Source: a virus (taxonomy: Duplodnaviria > Heunggongvirae > Uroviricota > Caudoviricetes). Taken from it: a DNA stretch of 64,000 nt. The notes under the pieces are model-generated. The model was not told the DNA's origin. It ran no database searches and worked only from the letters and a program-made list of their open reading frames with translations. Location: the IMG/VR virus record IMGVR_UViG_3300045988_163275, positions 1 through 64,000 of that record, one strand, 5' to 3'. This document shows positions 55,126 through 64,000 of the stretch, one piece after another (position 1 is the stretch's first letter; the number at the start of each line of letters is the position of its first letter). A program made the translations under genes and the position numbers.

Positions 55126-55898
55126 TCTGTGACCTCCATTTCAACAAAATGCGGTAGATTGTGCTCTTCGATAAATCGCTTACGCGCTAAGTAAGCCTCC
55201 AATTCATCGTGACATTGATACAAGAAGACACACTCTCCTTTCCACACAACTCTAGCAACCCAAACCTTGTTCGTTTTGCAGTAATGAACGCCAGTAAACT
55301 TCGACGTACTACCATCCACTTTCCCTTGTTTATTTGCACTCTGGACGTGCTTGTCAGCCCACCTCAGATTCCCTGGTTCATATCCCTTGCTGGAGTCGAT
55401 GCGATCAAGCGTAACCCCCTCTACAACTCTCTCCGTATCGGAAAACGGATAGCCCTCAAGTACGGAAACATACCTGTAAAAATTATCAAAATCCTCGAAC
55501 CCGGTGGCGTAAGATATTCCCCGTCCACCATACTTTTCGTATCTTGCCCGATTTGGATTGTTACAACGCGCCTTCATACTTGCCCAAGTCCAGTACAGAG
55601 GGTTTTCCATGACTTTATATTCTGCGTTCTGGCGATATATCCCGGCACATTTATTTGAGCAGGTCTTCTGTCTGACTCGCTTCGCGTTCTCAAGGTTTGC
55701 AGAGAATCGATGACCGCAGATAAAGCATTCAAGCTCAACAATTCGGCGCTTACGCTCCCTTGAATCAAATATTGGCTCCAACTCTCTAATGAAATTTCCG
55801 TCGAAATCGTCGGGATTGATAGGTTTCGCATCTTTTCTTAATTTTGTCGCTCTTCCTCTCACTTTTGGTCTCCTTACCACGTAGCCCAGGTTGGGCAT
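55122..55898 (-). CDS. HNH homing endonuclease with AP2 DNA-binding domain
   Basis: HNH_3-like motif (LDRIDSSKGYEPGNLRWADKHVQSANK) plus AP2-like C-terminus (KFTGVHYCKTNKVWVARVVWKGECVFLYQCHDELEAYLARKRF). Confidence 0.7.
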   Translation of the reverse strand: MPNLGYVVRRPKVRGRATKLRKDAKPINPDDFDGNFIRELEPIFDSRERKRRIVELECFICGHRFSANLENAKRVRQKTCSNKCAGIYRQNAEYKVMENPLYWTWASMKARCNNPNRARYEKYGGRGISYATGFEDFDNFYRYVSVLEGYPFSDTERVVEGVTLDRIDSSKGYEPGNLRWADKHVQSANKQGKVDGSTSKFTGVHYCKTNKVWVARVVWKGECVFLYQCHDELEAYLARKRFIEEHNLPHFVEMEVTE

Positions 55899-56620
55899 TC
55901 CATTAGTTTCTGTTCAAGTGTCTTCTCCGGCTCGCGAGTTGGCGGCTTCGGAATGTCGTTAACTACGTGAATGCCATCGTTGATCAGAACGCCTGCAGCA
56001 ATATCTGCATCAATCATGCTCTGGCCGATGAAATGCCGCATGATGTCAATAAGTTGGCACGCAGCCTTTTCATTCGCGTTGAATACGTGGGGGAGGAGAA
56101 CTTCAATAATCGCTACTTCACATCCCTTCTCGTAAAAGCAGAGTTTCGCCCGCTTTGAAATTGGCGCGTGCCGGTCATAGTCAACAGAGAAGCTGGCGAA
56201 GGCAGCACCCGGCATTGCAACGTGATCCGCGCGTGCGTTAGCGTGTCGAATCAGATTAGTGAATGCGGTGCTGATGTGCGTCTCCATTGCATTGAAGAGT
56301 GCATTTTCTTGGATGTTCAGCGTTCCGGTTTCAGGAATCACAACGAACCCCGGCCCAGAATGTGGGAGATATCCACCTTCCGTAAATGGATTAATAAGGA
56401 TCGGCGCAGTGCTTCCTGACGGCAGATTAGCCAAGCTCGGCATCAAAGGAGTCGATGACAATAGATTGGTTAATACCGAGAACTGGTTGTCGCTGATGTT
56501 TACGTTTTTCCACAAAAGTGCAGGCGGAGTTACTTTTGCTGTATGGTTGTTTATCAGCTTTATAGACTGCATCACGGCAAACATCTGCAAAAACTGCGTG
56601 CGGCTCAAGTTAAACGACAT
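55874..56620 (-). CDS. hypothetical protein
   Basis: 248 aa ORF between SbcC-like and HNH genes. Confidence 0.4.
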   Translation of the reverse strand: MSFNLSRTQFLQMFAVMQSIKLINNHTAKVTPPALLWKNVNISDNQFSVLTNLLSSTPLMPSLANLPSGSTAPILINPFTEGGYLPHSGPGFVVIPETGTLNIQENALFNAMETHISTAFTNLIRHANARADHVAMPGAAFASFSVDYDRHAPISKRAKLCFYEKGCEVAIIEVLLPHVFNANEKAACQLIDIMRHFIGQSMIDADIAAGVLINDGIHVVNDIPKPPTREPEKTLEQKLMECPTWATW

Positions 56621-58526
56621 AGCTGCGCCCCTCTTTAACTTCGACAGTGATAATTTCCCGGAACCACGATTTCATCTCTTTGTGGGAGATGATCATCACT
56701 GTGCCACGTTCACGCGCTTTGGCTTCCAGAATCCCCATGAGACGCTCCAGACCGGCTGTGTCGAGCGCGTCGTCAATTTCATCACCGATAAATAGCTCGA
56801 TATTCTTACTGGCGCGACTGGCAACCAGATCCTGCAAAGCCAGAGAGCACGCAATACGTACCTTACGCTTCTCACCACCAGACAAAGTCTGGAAGGATTT
56901 GCTGGAGCCTGTTTTGATTACGCTGATATTGAATTTGTCGCGATACTCACCTTTCTTCGTTGTCTCCATTGTCGACCATTCGGCAACGATATTGCCGTCC
57001 GACAGCGTGTTGAGATACTCCGCAGTCCTGATGTTCAGGAAAGGCGTAACGGAGGTCAGGATGTGTGAACGCACGCCTGCTGGGGAGTAAACCTGGCGGG
57101 CCTTCTCCAGCAACAGAGCCTGTTTCTGAATGCTCTTTAACTCATTTTTAAGTACTGCATGATTAGATTTATTGGCAGCCAGGTTGTCTTCATGGCGCTT
57201 AATAACGGCCAGAAATGGGTTTGCTTCCGCCATGATGCGATTCACTTCAGTACGCGCCCGCGCAACCATCGCTTCGACGGCCACAACTTCACGTTCGCGA
57301 TGACGCAGCGCACTTAGCTCATTGGTCAGGCGTTCTATTGTGGAGATGATTTCTGAGACGTCGGGTGTGGCTGCGACCAGTGCAGACTCGATACCGAGCG
57401 CTTTCTCAAGACGAGCCTTGTGTTGAGCCACTGCCGCTGCTGATGTCTGCGCAAGGCCGATCTCATTGCGCGCTTGTTCAATGAAGCTCTCCTTCACCGT
57501 GGATAAATCTTCTTCGCAGTAGGGCTTTCCGCACGTAATGCAGGGTGCCCCGATCTTTGTGCTGACCTCTTCAGCTTTGGTTTTAAACGAGCGAGCACGG
57601 TTTATCGACTCGTTCTGTGCCGCTTCTGAAGTACGGATGCTTGAGCGGATCTCAGTAATAGCACTGCGCACCTTCAGCAGTTTGGCGTCATGCTCTTCTT
57701 TGGAGGCCAGCTTGCTGCGTTCGCCAGCAATCGCGTTTTCCGTATCACGGATCTGTTCCGGCAGCGAGCGAATTTCCATCTCGACTTCAGACAGTGTTAC
57801 CTCCGCGCCAGCCAAATCGGCTCGGGCCTTGTCCAGACGCTCGCCGCGATCGCGCTCCCAGCTTTCAGAGGACGCTTTGGCCGCCTCAATCTCTGACTGT
57901 GCAGTCTCGATAAGCGTGAGACAGGCGTCCATTTTGGATTTGGTAACGTCCATACGTGCGGCAGCTGCATTAGCACGCTCGCGGGCAATGGCATAGGCTC
58001 GCGTCAATCGGTCGACGCCAGCAGCTTCTTCAACGATGGTTTTGAGGCTCTTGTCGGACATACCGGGCAGATCTGGCATCGCTTCCTGACTGGCGTAGAT
58101 GGACGCCATGAACACCTCTTTCGATGCCCCAATCAGACGTTCTACGAACGTCTGTGTCAGCGTGTCCTTGCCTTTGGTCATATCACCGTCTTCACCACGG
58201 ACGATTAGTCGGTTCTTGAACTCTTTGTGTTTACGATGGCGAATGATCGCGTATTTCTTACCTTCGTCTTCAACTGTAACCATCACACGGCAGTTCTTCT
58301 CATGGCCCGTCGACAGCACGTCATCGCCTTTGACGCCATGTGCAGTCTCACCATACAGACACCACATTAAGCTATTCATCAGAGTGGATTTCCCGGCGCC
58401 ATTGCTGGCAGCAGACGTATCGCCACTGTTCACACCCTGGATCAGCACCAGTCCACGCTGGTCTAACTCGACTTCTGCGCTGGCGATTGCCATAAAATTT
58501 TCAACCTGGAGCTTTAAAAACTTCAT
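56610..58526 (-). CDS. sbcC: SbcC/Rad50-like recombination ATPase
   Basis: Start moved to MKFLKLQVENF (E. coli SbcC begins MKILSLRLKNL); Walker A (NGAGKST), long coiled coil with CxxC hook-like (CITCGKPYC), C-terminal signature (LSGGEKRKVRIACSLAL) and Walker B (LFIGDEID). Confidence 0.8.
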   Translation of the reverse strand: MKFLKLQVENFMAIASAEVELDQRGLVLIQGVNSGDTSAASNGAGKSTLMNSLMWCLYGETAHGVKGDDVLSTGHEKNCRVMVTVEDEGKKYAIIRHRKHKEFKNRLIVRGEDGDMTKGKDTLTQTFVERLIGASKEVFMASIYASQEAMPDLPGMSDKSLKTIVEEAAGVDRLTRAYAIARERANAAAARMDVTKSKMDACLTLIETAQSEIEAAKASSESWERDRGERLDKARADLAGAEVTLSEVEMEIRSLPEQIRDTENAIAGERSKLASKEEHDAKLLKVRSAITEIRSSIRTSEAAQNESINRARSFKTKAEEVSTKIGAPCITCGKPYCEEDLSTVKESFIEQARNEIGLAQTSAAAVAQHKARLEKALGIESALVAATPDVSEIISTIERLTNELSALRHREREVVAVEAMVARARTEVNRIMAEANPFLAVIKRHEDNLAANKSNHAVLKNELKSIQKQALLLEKARQVYSPAGVRSHILTSVTPFLNIRTAEYLNTLSDGNIVAEWSTMETTKKGEYRDKFNISVIKTGSSKSFQTLSGGEKRKVRIACSLALQDLVASRASKNIELFIGDEIDDALDTAGLERLMGILEAKARERGTVMIISHKEMKSWFREIITVEVKEGRSYVV

Positions 58527-58714
58527 ATAACACCTCTGATATCGTGTGTTAACTTTTGACCATCTTTCAATCTGAACTCCGTATGCGCGGGGAAGGATCT
58601 GCGATTCAATAAGCCTTTTCTGGTTAGCCTTCCAAGATAAAACGCTACGGGATTTCCTCCTGAAGGGTATGGCTTGTGAAACATAACCGTCTGGCCTTTT
58701 TGAAGTTTTTTCAT
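58523..58714 (-). CDS. hypothetical small protein between sbcD and sbcC
   Basis: About 63 aa from MKKLQKGQTV; stop overlaps the sbcC start (ATGA). Confidence 0.25.
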   Translation of the reverse strand: MKKLQKGQTVMFHKPYPSGGNPVAFYLGRLTRKGLLNRRSFPAHTEFRLKDGQKLTHDIRGVI

Positions 58715-58755
58715 CACGATGGCAAACTCTCGAAAGCTCCCATAATAACGTTGCC

Positions 58756-59841
58756 TCACACAGCCTCCGCACTCTCTGCTTCGGTCAAGATCTCCTGACA
58801 CAGTATGTCCAGCTTGCTCAGGTCGAAGCCACCGTCAGTGTCGTGAACGATCTTGCAGTACGCCGCAACGGACTCTCCCAGGCTGTCAATTTTGCTGGTT
58901 TCCGCAGTACTGGCAGCGCCTTCCATCATCGATGCCTTGCGAATGAAGTTGCAGACGACACCCTTCGCGCCCATTGTTTTCAGGACATTCTGAAGTTTGA
59001 TGCCTTCTTCATCGCTCTCAACAACGGCACGGAAGCGCACGTAGTTGCCGCGAATCTGATCGTCATCTACATCGTCCTCAAGGTTCACGAATTTAGGTGC
59101 CGAGGTTTCGTGGTGAGTGAATGAGCCGTCCGGTTTGACGATCATGAAGCCGGCCAGTGAACCAACATCCCCCCAATTCTGGTGTGTCAGCGCCCCGATA
59201 CTTACCACTCCAGGCAGCACTTCTTTGTGGTTGTGGTAGTGCCCGGACAACAATAAACGGAAGCCGATATCTTTCAGTTCCTGTGCGTCGATGCCGACAT
59301 CGGGCATGGTGGGGATCGCTTTGTTGATTGAGGTATGTACAACAACATCATGGTTGTCACCATCCAGCCCGGAACGCAGCGTTTTGAGATCGCTGATAAG
59401 TTCTGCGTGGTTATTACGCCAGCTAATCAGATGGACGGTTACGTCGCCCATTTTGATGGAATGAGGACGTTTGCCGCAGACGATTTCCACACCGATTGAG
59501 CGCAGAGAGGCTGCTGCATTGGCGCTGTATACGGAATCGTTGGTTTCGAGGTCGTGGTTGCCAGCCAGCATTACCACCTTGAGACCCAACTCTTTGATGA
59601 TCCACTCGTAAGTTTCGGTCACGAAATGCAGAACGGAAGGTGATATAGCACCGCGAACATGGAAGGTATCACCAGCTACCAGCATGTGCTTACAGCCAGC
59701 AGCTTTCATCGCTTTGGCCGCCTCCTTCGTAGCGTCCAATTGGATCTCCAGCCGAGAGTTAAGCCCGTCAGCGTTTGTTGTCGCAAAAGCATCCCAACGA
59801 TGATAATGGGGATCTGATATTACCCCGTATGGCAATGTCAT
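58756..59841 (-). CDS. sbcD: SbcD/Mre11-like nuclease
   Basis: Calcineurin-like phosphoesterase motifs (VISDPHYH; AGDTFH; LAGNHD; GHYH). Confidence 0.8.
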   Translation of the reverse strand: MTLPYGVISDPHYHRWDAFATTNADGLNSRLEIQLDATKEAAKAMKAAGCKHMLVAGDTFHVRGAISPSVLHFVTETYEWIIKELGLKVVMLAGNHDLETNDSVYSANAAASLRSIGVEIVCGKRPHSIKMGDVTVHLISWRNNHAELISDLKTLRSGLDGDNHDVVVHTSINKAIPTMPDVGIDAQELKDIGFRLLLSGHYHNHKEVLPGVVSIGALTHQNWGDVGSLAGFMIVKPDGSFTHHETSAPKFVNLEDDVDDDQIRGNYVRFRAVVESDEEGIKLQNVLKTMGAKGVVCNFIRKASMMEGAASTAETSKIDSLGESVAAYCKIVHDTDGGFDLSKLDILCQEILTEAESAEAV

Positions 59842-59956
59842 GTGTCTTTTCCTTTGTGGTTATTTTGATACAAATTCTAAGCGTGCATAAGAGGCGTACA
59901 ACCCAGACAACACGGCACACGAAAGAATATAAAGGCACATGATAATGACAAAAAAA

Positions 59957-59977
59957 ATAAGTAAGTAAATACCTATC
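59957..59977. repeat. TAAGTA-type palindrome
   Basis: ataagtaagtaaatacctatc; upstream of sbcD. Confidence 0.45.
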
Positions 59978-60238
59978 AGATAGGGCAGCAACGATTTCTA
60001 AACGTCACAAGCAATTTTATGAGAGCAGTCATTTACTGATGACAAGAAATGAAAAAGGAGAACGGACGGTGAAGTTGTGAGATGACATTTACGGCGTTTG
60101 CGTGCGTCGTCTTCAAACGCATCCGTCGGCCACAGTTTCTGCTCTTGAATAAAATTCACTCATGCATTAATCCCTAAAGCTCTCAGTGTCTTTCTAAGAC
60201 ACCATATTTTATGCCCGGTAAAAAGCATGAGTTTGCCT

Positions 60239-60883
60239 TTAAAACGTCTCTGAGGGCTTCTGACGCGCTCTGCTGATGTCTATTACCCCAGCTTTTGGAC
60301 GAGGGTCTACAAGATTCAACTCTTCAGCACTGTGATACTCCGTGTCGAACTCCCGATCGACATGGCGAATGTAAATGGCTGTCAGAAGGCTGTTATCATT
60401 CAGAAAGTGTCCGTAAGATTTGCGAATTACTTCGCCAACCTTCTCAATCTTCTCTCCGCCCATGCAGAGATGGTTAAATCGGCTGTGTTTCCGCAGCATT
60501 TCATCCACCGGGCCTGAGTAGACCTTATCAACTCTCCCGAACCGGATGACATTTCCGGTATCAGCTTCAACCAGACAAACGAGTTTGCCAGGTTCGACAC
60601 GATCTCGCCAAGTGACACCAGAGCGCAGTGTGTTGAAGTAGGGAGCATCCAATCCGATGATCGGTTTACGAAATGCTAGTAGTGGCACGTAACGTATGCA
60701 GCTGTTTAGGTGGAAATGCGCACCGGCGTCGTGGAGTTTAAGCCGGGTTTCGTTAATCGGGCATTTCGAAGCAATGCCGCAAAGGTCGCAGAGCAACTTC
60801 TGTTTGTTCAGACTAGTGTTTGATTCAATGGTGTAGGAGCCATCTTCAAGACGGCGAACCCAGCGCGTGCGTTTAAGATCCAT
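60239..60883 (-). CDS. hypothetical protein
   Basis: 214 aa ORF between the sbcD upstream region and the repA origin; no motif recognised. Confidence 0.4.
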   Translation of the reverse strand: MDLKRTRWVRRLEDGSYTIESNTSLNKQKLLCDLCGIASKCPINETRLKLHDAGAHFHLNSCIRYVPLLAFRKPIIGLDAPYFNTLRSGVTWRDRVEPGKLVCLVEADTGNVIRFGRVDKVYSGPVDEMLRKHSRFNHLCMGGEKIEKVGEVIRKSYGHFLNDNSLLTAIYIRHVDREFDTEYHSAEELNLVDPRPKAGVIDISRARQKPSETF

Positions 60884-61069
60884 AATTCTTGTTCAAATAA
60901 TTTTGTCCGGGGCAACGATAACGGATAAGGCGCACCGGAGTTTGCAAATGCCTGTTTACTTATTCACTTTATTCACAGGCCCGATCCAATATTTAGATCC
61001 CCAGAGAGATCCTACAGAAGATCAAAAGAGATCCCCGATCGTCTCCAGCGCTTGCGGTTACTGGCTTGA

Positions 61070-61590
61070 GAAGGGGTTACTATCCACTATAGGGAGCAAA
61101 ATAACCACTGTAGAGAGCATAATAACCGCTATGAAGAGCAAAACAACCTCTCTGGAGAGTAGTCGGTATCCACTGTAGTGAGTAGGAGACAATGTTTTAA
61201 CTGGATAACTCCGAGCCTGTTTTTCTGCGGCAGATGGCTGATATTCTTGGAAATATTGTAAATTTTGCGTTGCGGCGTGTTTATTTCGATCACACATTAT
61301 CCCCAGAAGGGGAGTGATGCCTGATTTTGTAATTATCTGATTTTTATACACAGGCCCGATCCAGTAATTCAGATCCCTGTTAGAACCAAAGAGAACCACA
61401 AAGACCCAAAGAGATCCCCGGACCCTGCAAACCGTTGTGCCACATGGCTTTAGAGGTTATCGATATCCACTATAGCGAGAATAACAACCACTATGGAGAG
61501 TAAATCAACCACTATGGAGAGTAGAAAAACCGCTGTAGGCGGTAGGATAACCACTGTGATGGGTGCTACTATCCACTGTAATCAGTAAAG
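61070..61590 (+). repeat. origin iteron arrays upstream of repA
   Basis: About 11 direct repeats of roughly 20 bp (TATCCACTATAGGGAG, TAACCACTGTAGAGAG, CAACCACTATGGAGAG ...) in two clusters (61076-61185; 61460-61585) separated by an AT-rich segment; GATC clusters at 60990-61040 and 61350-61420. Confidence 0.8.
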
Positions 61591-61625
61591 GCACCCAAGC
61601 CGTCGAATAAAAAGAGACATTTGGA

Positions 61626-62681
61626 ATGAGCGTAAACGACAATAAAAACATTGCGATAAGCGAAGCATTTTCCGAAACAGACAAAAAGACCGGCGAAGTT
61701 GTTACGTTAGTTCCTAACACCAACAACACAGTTCAGCCTGTTGCTCTGATGCGTCTTGGTCTCTTCGTTCCGACGCTGAAATCGACATCCAGGGGTAGAA
61801 AGGGGCAAATGGTCTCTATGGACGCCTCCGCTGAACTCAAACAGCTGTCTCTGGCCAAAGCCGAAGGGTACGAGGATATAAGGATTGCTGGTCTTCGTCT
61901 TGATATGGATAACGATTTCAAAACATGGGTGGGCATCATCCACGCGTTCGCCAAGCACAAGGTTGTTGGTGACACCGTCACGTTGCCGTTCGTCGAGTTC
62001 GTCAGACTTTGTGGCATACCAACAGCCAGATCGTCCGCGAAGTTACGTAAGCGCCTGGACAGCTCTCTAAGTCGTATCGCCACAAACACCATCTCATTCC
62101 GCAGCAAAGGCTCTGAAGAGTATTACGTTACGCACCTTGTGCAGACGGCAAAGTACAGTACCAAGAATGACACGGTCGAACTGAAGGCCGATCCTAAGAT
62201 TTTCGAACTTTACCAGTTCGACAAAAAGGTGCTTTTGCAACTTCGGGCCATCAACGAACTCTCCAGAAAGGAATCCGCGCAGGCGCTCTACACCTTCATT
62301 GAAAGTTTGCCACCAGACCCGGCGCCAATCTCATTGGCTCGCTTACGCGCCAGACTTAACTTAACCAGCCGCACCATTACCCAGAATGCGACAGTCAGGA
62401 AGGCGATGGAGCAACTGCGAGAGATCGGCTATCTCGATTACACTGAAGTGAAACGCGGCAGCTCGGTCTACTTCGTCATCCACTATAGACGGCCGAAGTT
62501 ACGTTCGGCACTGCCGCCATCTATGGCCACGCCTGAAGATCCAGAAGATATCTTGCCAGGTGATGATCCGGAGGACATTATCGATGTTGCTCCTGAAGAA
62601 AAAGACGGGGAAATGGTCATGTTGAGCAAGGAAGAACTGGCGATTCTCGAAGAGCTGCGCAAGGCAAAGGCTCGCAAATAG
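61626..62681 (+). CDS. repA: iteron-binding replication initiator (P1/RepFIB-type RepA)
   Basis: N-terminal [21 protein letters not shown] and central [78 protein letters not shown] resemble RepFIB/P1 RepA; flanked by iteron arrays. Confidence 0.85.
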   Translation: MSVNDNKNIAISEAFSETDKKTGEVVTLVPNTNNTVQPVALMRLGLFVPTLKSTSRGRKGQMVSMDASAELKQLSLAKAEGYEDIRIAGLRLDMDNDFKTWVGIIHAFAKHKVVGDTVTLPFVEFVRLCGIPTARSSAKLRKRLDSSLSRIATNTISFRSKGSEEYYVTHLVQTAKYSTKNDTVELKADPKIFELYQFDKKVLLQLRAINELSRKESAQALYTFIESLPPDPAPISLARLRARLNLTSRTITQNATVRKAMEQLREIGYLDYTEVKRGSSVYFVIHYRRPKLRSALPPSMATPEDPEDILPGDDPEDIIDVAPEEKDGEMVMLSKEELAILEELRKAKARK

Positions 62682-62684
62682 CCC

Positions 62685-63245
62685 AACCACTGTAGAGAGT
62701 AAAAAGGCTCACTATCCACTGTAGTGAGCCTTTTTGTTTATCGGAAATGCAATATCCACTGTAGTGAGTAAAAGAAACCGAAGAATAACCACTGTAGGCA
62801 GTGCGCACAAATCGCGAAGTAAATGTTAGTGGTTGCAAACATAGATAAAACAAGGGCTGAGAGGTTAGCGGTCACTGGGTATCCATGTTAAGTCTACTCT
62901 CTACAGCGGTTATCGTCGCTCTCTTCATTGTTGACTATCCACTGTGAAGAGCAGAATTGGCTGACTTGACCTTTATCCACTGTAGTGAGTGGATATCTGT
63001 TTAAAACAGCGAAGATTTACTCTCCATAGTGGATATCCGCTGGAGGAGGCATTCCATCACTCTCTATAGTGGTTGTTTGTAGTCAGTGAACGCCTGTTTA
63101 CTCACTACAGTGGATAGTTGATATCGTGGCAGAGGGTTTGCTCACTACAGTGGTTGGGGTGCATACCTGAAGGGTGTTCTACTCGCTACAGTGGTTATGA
63201 GCCGGATTCACACACGGTGAGCTGGCTACTCACCGCAGTGGATAG
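62685..63245. repeat. iteron array downstream of repA (incA-like)
   Basis: About 13 copies of the same CCACTGTAG core in both orientations (e.g. CTCACTATCCACTGTAGTGAG; CTCACTACAGTGGATAG). Confidence 0.8.
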
Positions 63246-63250
63246 TGTTA

Positions 63251-63466
63251 TCAGTGGATTTTCTTCAGCAGACCCCAGAGTGTCCCGGCCTTCGTTGCGA
63301 GCTTACCTGTTTCCGGATCGTACATGTGCCATTCACGTCGCTGGTGGACAATATACCCATCTTCACGTTCCAGTCGTTCCAGTACGCCGGACTGCTTGAA
63401 CCCTTTGGCACGCCAGTAGCCGCTTGTTTTTTCGATTTCCAGACCTGTCAGTGTAACCGCCATCAA
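63251..63466 (-). CDS. hypothetical small protein
   Basis: 71 aa; last gene of a three-gene operon ending at the downstream iteron array. Confidence 0.35.
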   Translation of the reverse strand: MMAVTLTGLEIEKTSGYWRAKGFKQSGVLERLEREDGYIVHQRREWHMYDPETGKLATKAGTLWGLLKKIH

Positions 63467-63798
63467 CTAATCTCCTTGCAGTCATCGAAAAGGTAGCTGT
63501 CGTTCTTCGCGTGAACGCCGTATACATCACCCGATTTGTTGTAAACGAACCTATCTTTACCTACGCCAGATAGTTCGCCGTTACGTTTAGTGAGAAACGG
63601 GGAAGACAGGACGCGATCATCGCGTACCACATAAAACTGTTCGCCGCGGTCCACAACCATCGCGCCGTAATTAGCTTTAACGACGTTACGGATCAGGCCG
63701 TTTTTCGCTTCGACCACAAACATTTCGCACTCATAGACATGTGTGTCCGCAAAGACGGGGAGAGTGAGCAGCGCCAGTACCAGGGCTGTTTTCTTCAT
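63463..63798 (-). CDS. secreted small protein
   Basis: Signal peptide MKKTALVLALLTLPVFA; mature part about 94 aa with 2 Cys. Confidence 0.45.
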   Translation of the reverse strand: MKKTALVLALLTLPVFADTHVYECEMFVVEAKNGLIRNVVKANYGAMVVDRGEQFYVVRDDRVLSSPFLTKRNGELSGVGKDRFVYNKSGDVYGVHAKNDSYLFDDCKEIS

Positions 63799-63974
63799 GC
63801 CACGACTCCTTTGAAAACGCCTAATGCTGAGTCGAAGACCAGTACTACGGCCAGCGCATTGATCATCACATCATTAACAGGCGCCAGCGCTTTACGGATT
63901 GCCTCTGTGAAGATGCAGTCGAGCACAAAGGCTATCGAGATAATAAGTAACGTAATATCTAATAAAATTTTCAT
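63795..63974 (-). CDS. small membrane protein (59 aa; below ORF-track cutoff)
   Basis: Minus-strand translation MKILLDITLLIISIAFVLDCIFTEAIRKALAPVNDVMINALAVVLVFDSALGVFKGVVA; stop overlaps the ATG of the next gene. Confidence 0.35.
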   Translation of the reverse strand: MKILLDITLLIISIAFVLDCIFTEAIRKALAPVNDVMINALAVVLVFDSALGVFKGVVA

Positions 63975-63995
63975 GATAGGTAAATGCTAACTTAT
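63975..63995. repeat. TAAGTA-type palindrome
   Basis: gataggtaaatgctaacttat; immediately upstream of the 59-aa membrane ORF. Confidence 0.45.
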
Positions 63996-64000
63996 ATATT

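Noticed and set aside
61040-63245. Possible CRISPR array (many short repeats)
   Set aside because: Repeats are about 20-bp iterons in both orientations with irregular spacing, flanking a repA gene; no regular repeat-spacer periodicity and no cas genes.
1-64000. tRNA genes, rRNA genes, integrase and att sites
   Set aside because: No T-loop or cloverleaf-like sequence (GTTCGAATC-type) was found in intergenic regions by eye, and no tyrosine or serine recombinase motifs in any ORF; a formal tRNAscan was not run.

Overview
The window reads as a 64-kb segment of a temperate siphovirus-type phage-plasmid; all calls are from reading the sequence and ORF track by eye, with no database search run. Layout: (1) 1-24.3 kb, a lambda-like late structural operon on the minus strand (TerS, TerL, portal, scaffold, capsid, head-tail proteins, major tail protein, G/GT chaperone, tape measure, M, L, K, I, J, and a side tail fiber truncated at the window start). 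(2) 24.4-27.9 kb, a six-gene operon (wHTH, GNAT-like, ABC-type ATPase, two ParB-like proteins) of unknown role. (3) 27.9-32.1 kb, a plus-strand SF2 helicase operon ending in a lipoprotein and a low-GC two-gene island. (4) 32.1-44.1 kb, about 17 small ORFan genes on the minus strand, most behind a conserved promoter plus AAACAAnTTGTTT palindrome, interrupted by a 1.35-kb gene-free repeat region. (5) 44.3-46.1 kb, an Mrr-type nuclease fusion and overlapping small membrane/secreted ORFs. (6) 46.2-59.8 kb, DNA metabolism genes (RNase H, two adenine methyltransferases, DnaQ-like exonuclease, P-loop kinase, DHFR, thymidylate synthase with insertions, RuvC-like, HNH-AP2 homing endonuclease, SbcCD-like). 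(7) 60.9-63.3 kb, a P1/RepFIB-like RepA replicon flanked by iteron arrays. No tRNA, rRNA, CRISPR array or integrase was seen. The strongest candidates for an undescribed system are the ParB/ABC/GNAT operon, the low-GC island, the Mrr fusion, and the two genome-wide palindrome families. Coordinates of short motifs are approximate (a few bp); the printed line numbering near 58.5 kb disagrees with the ORF track by 1 nt.
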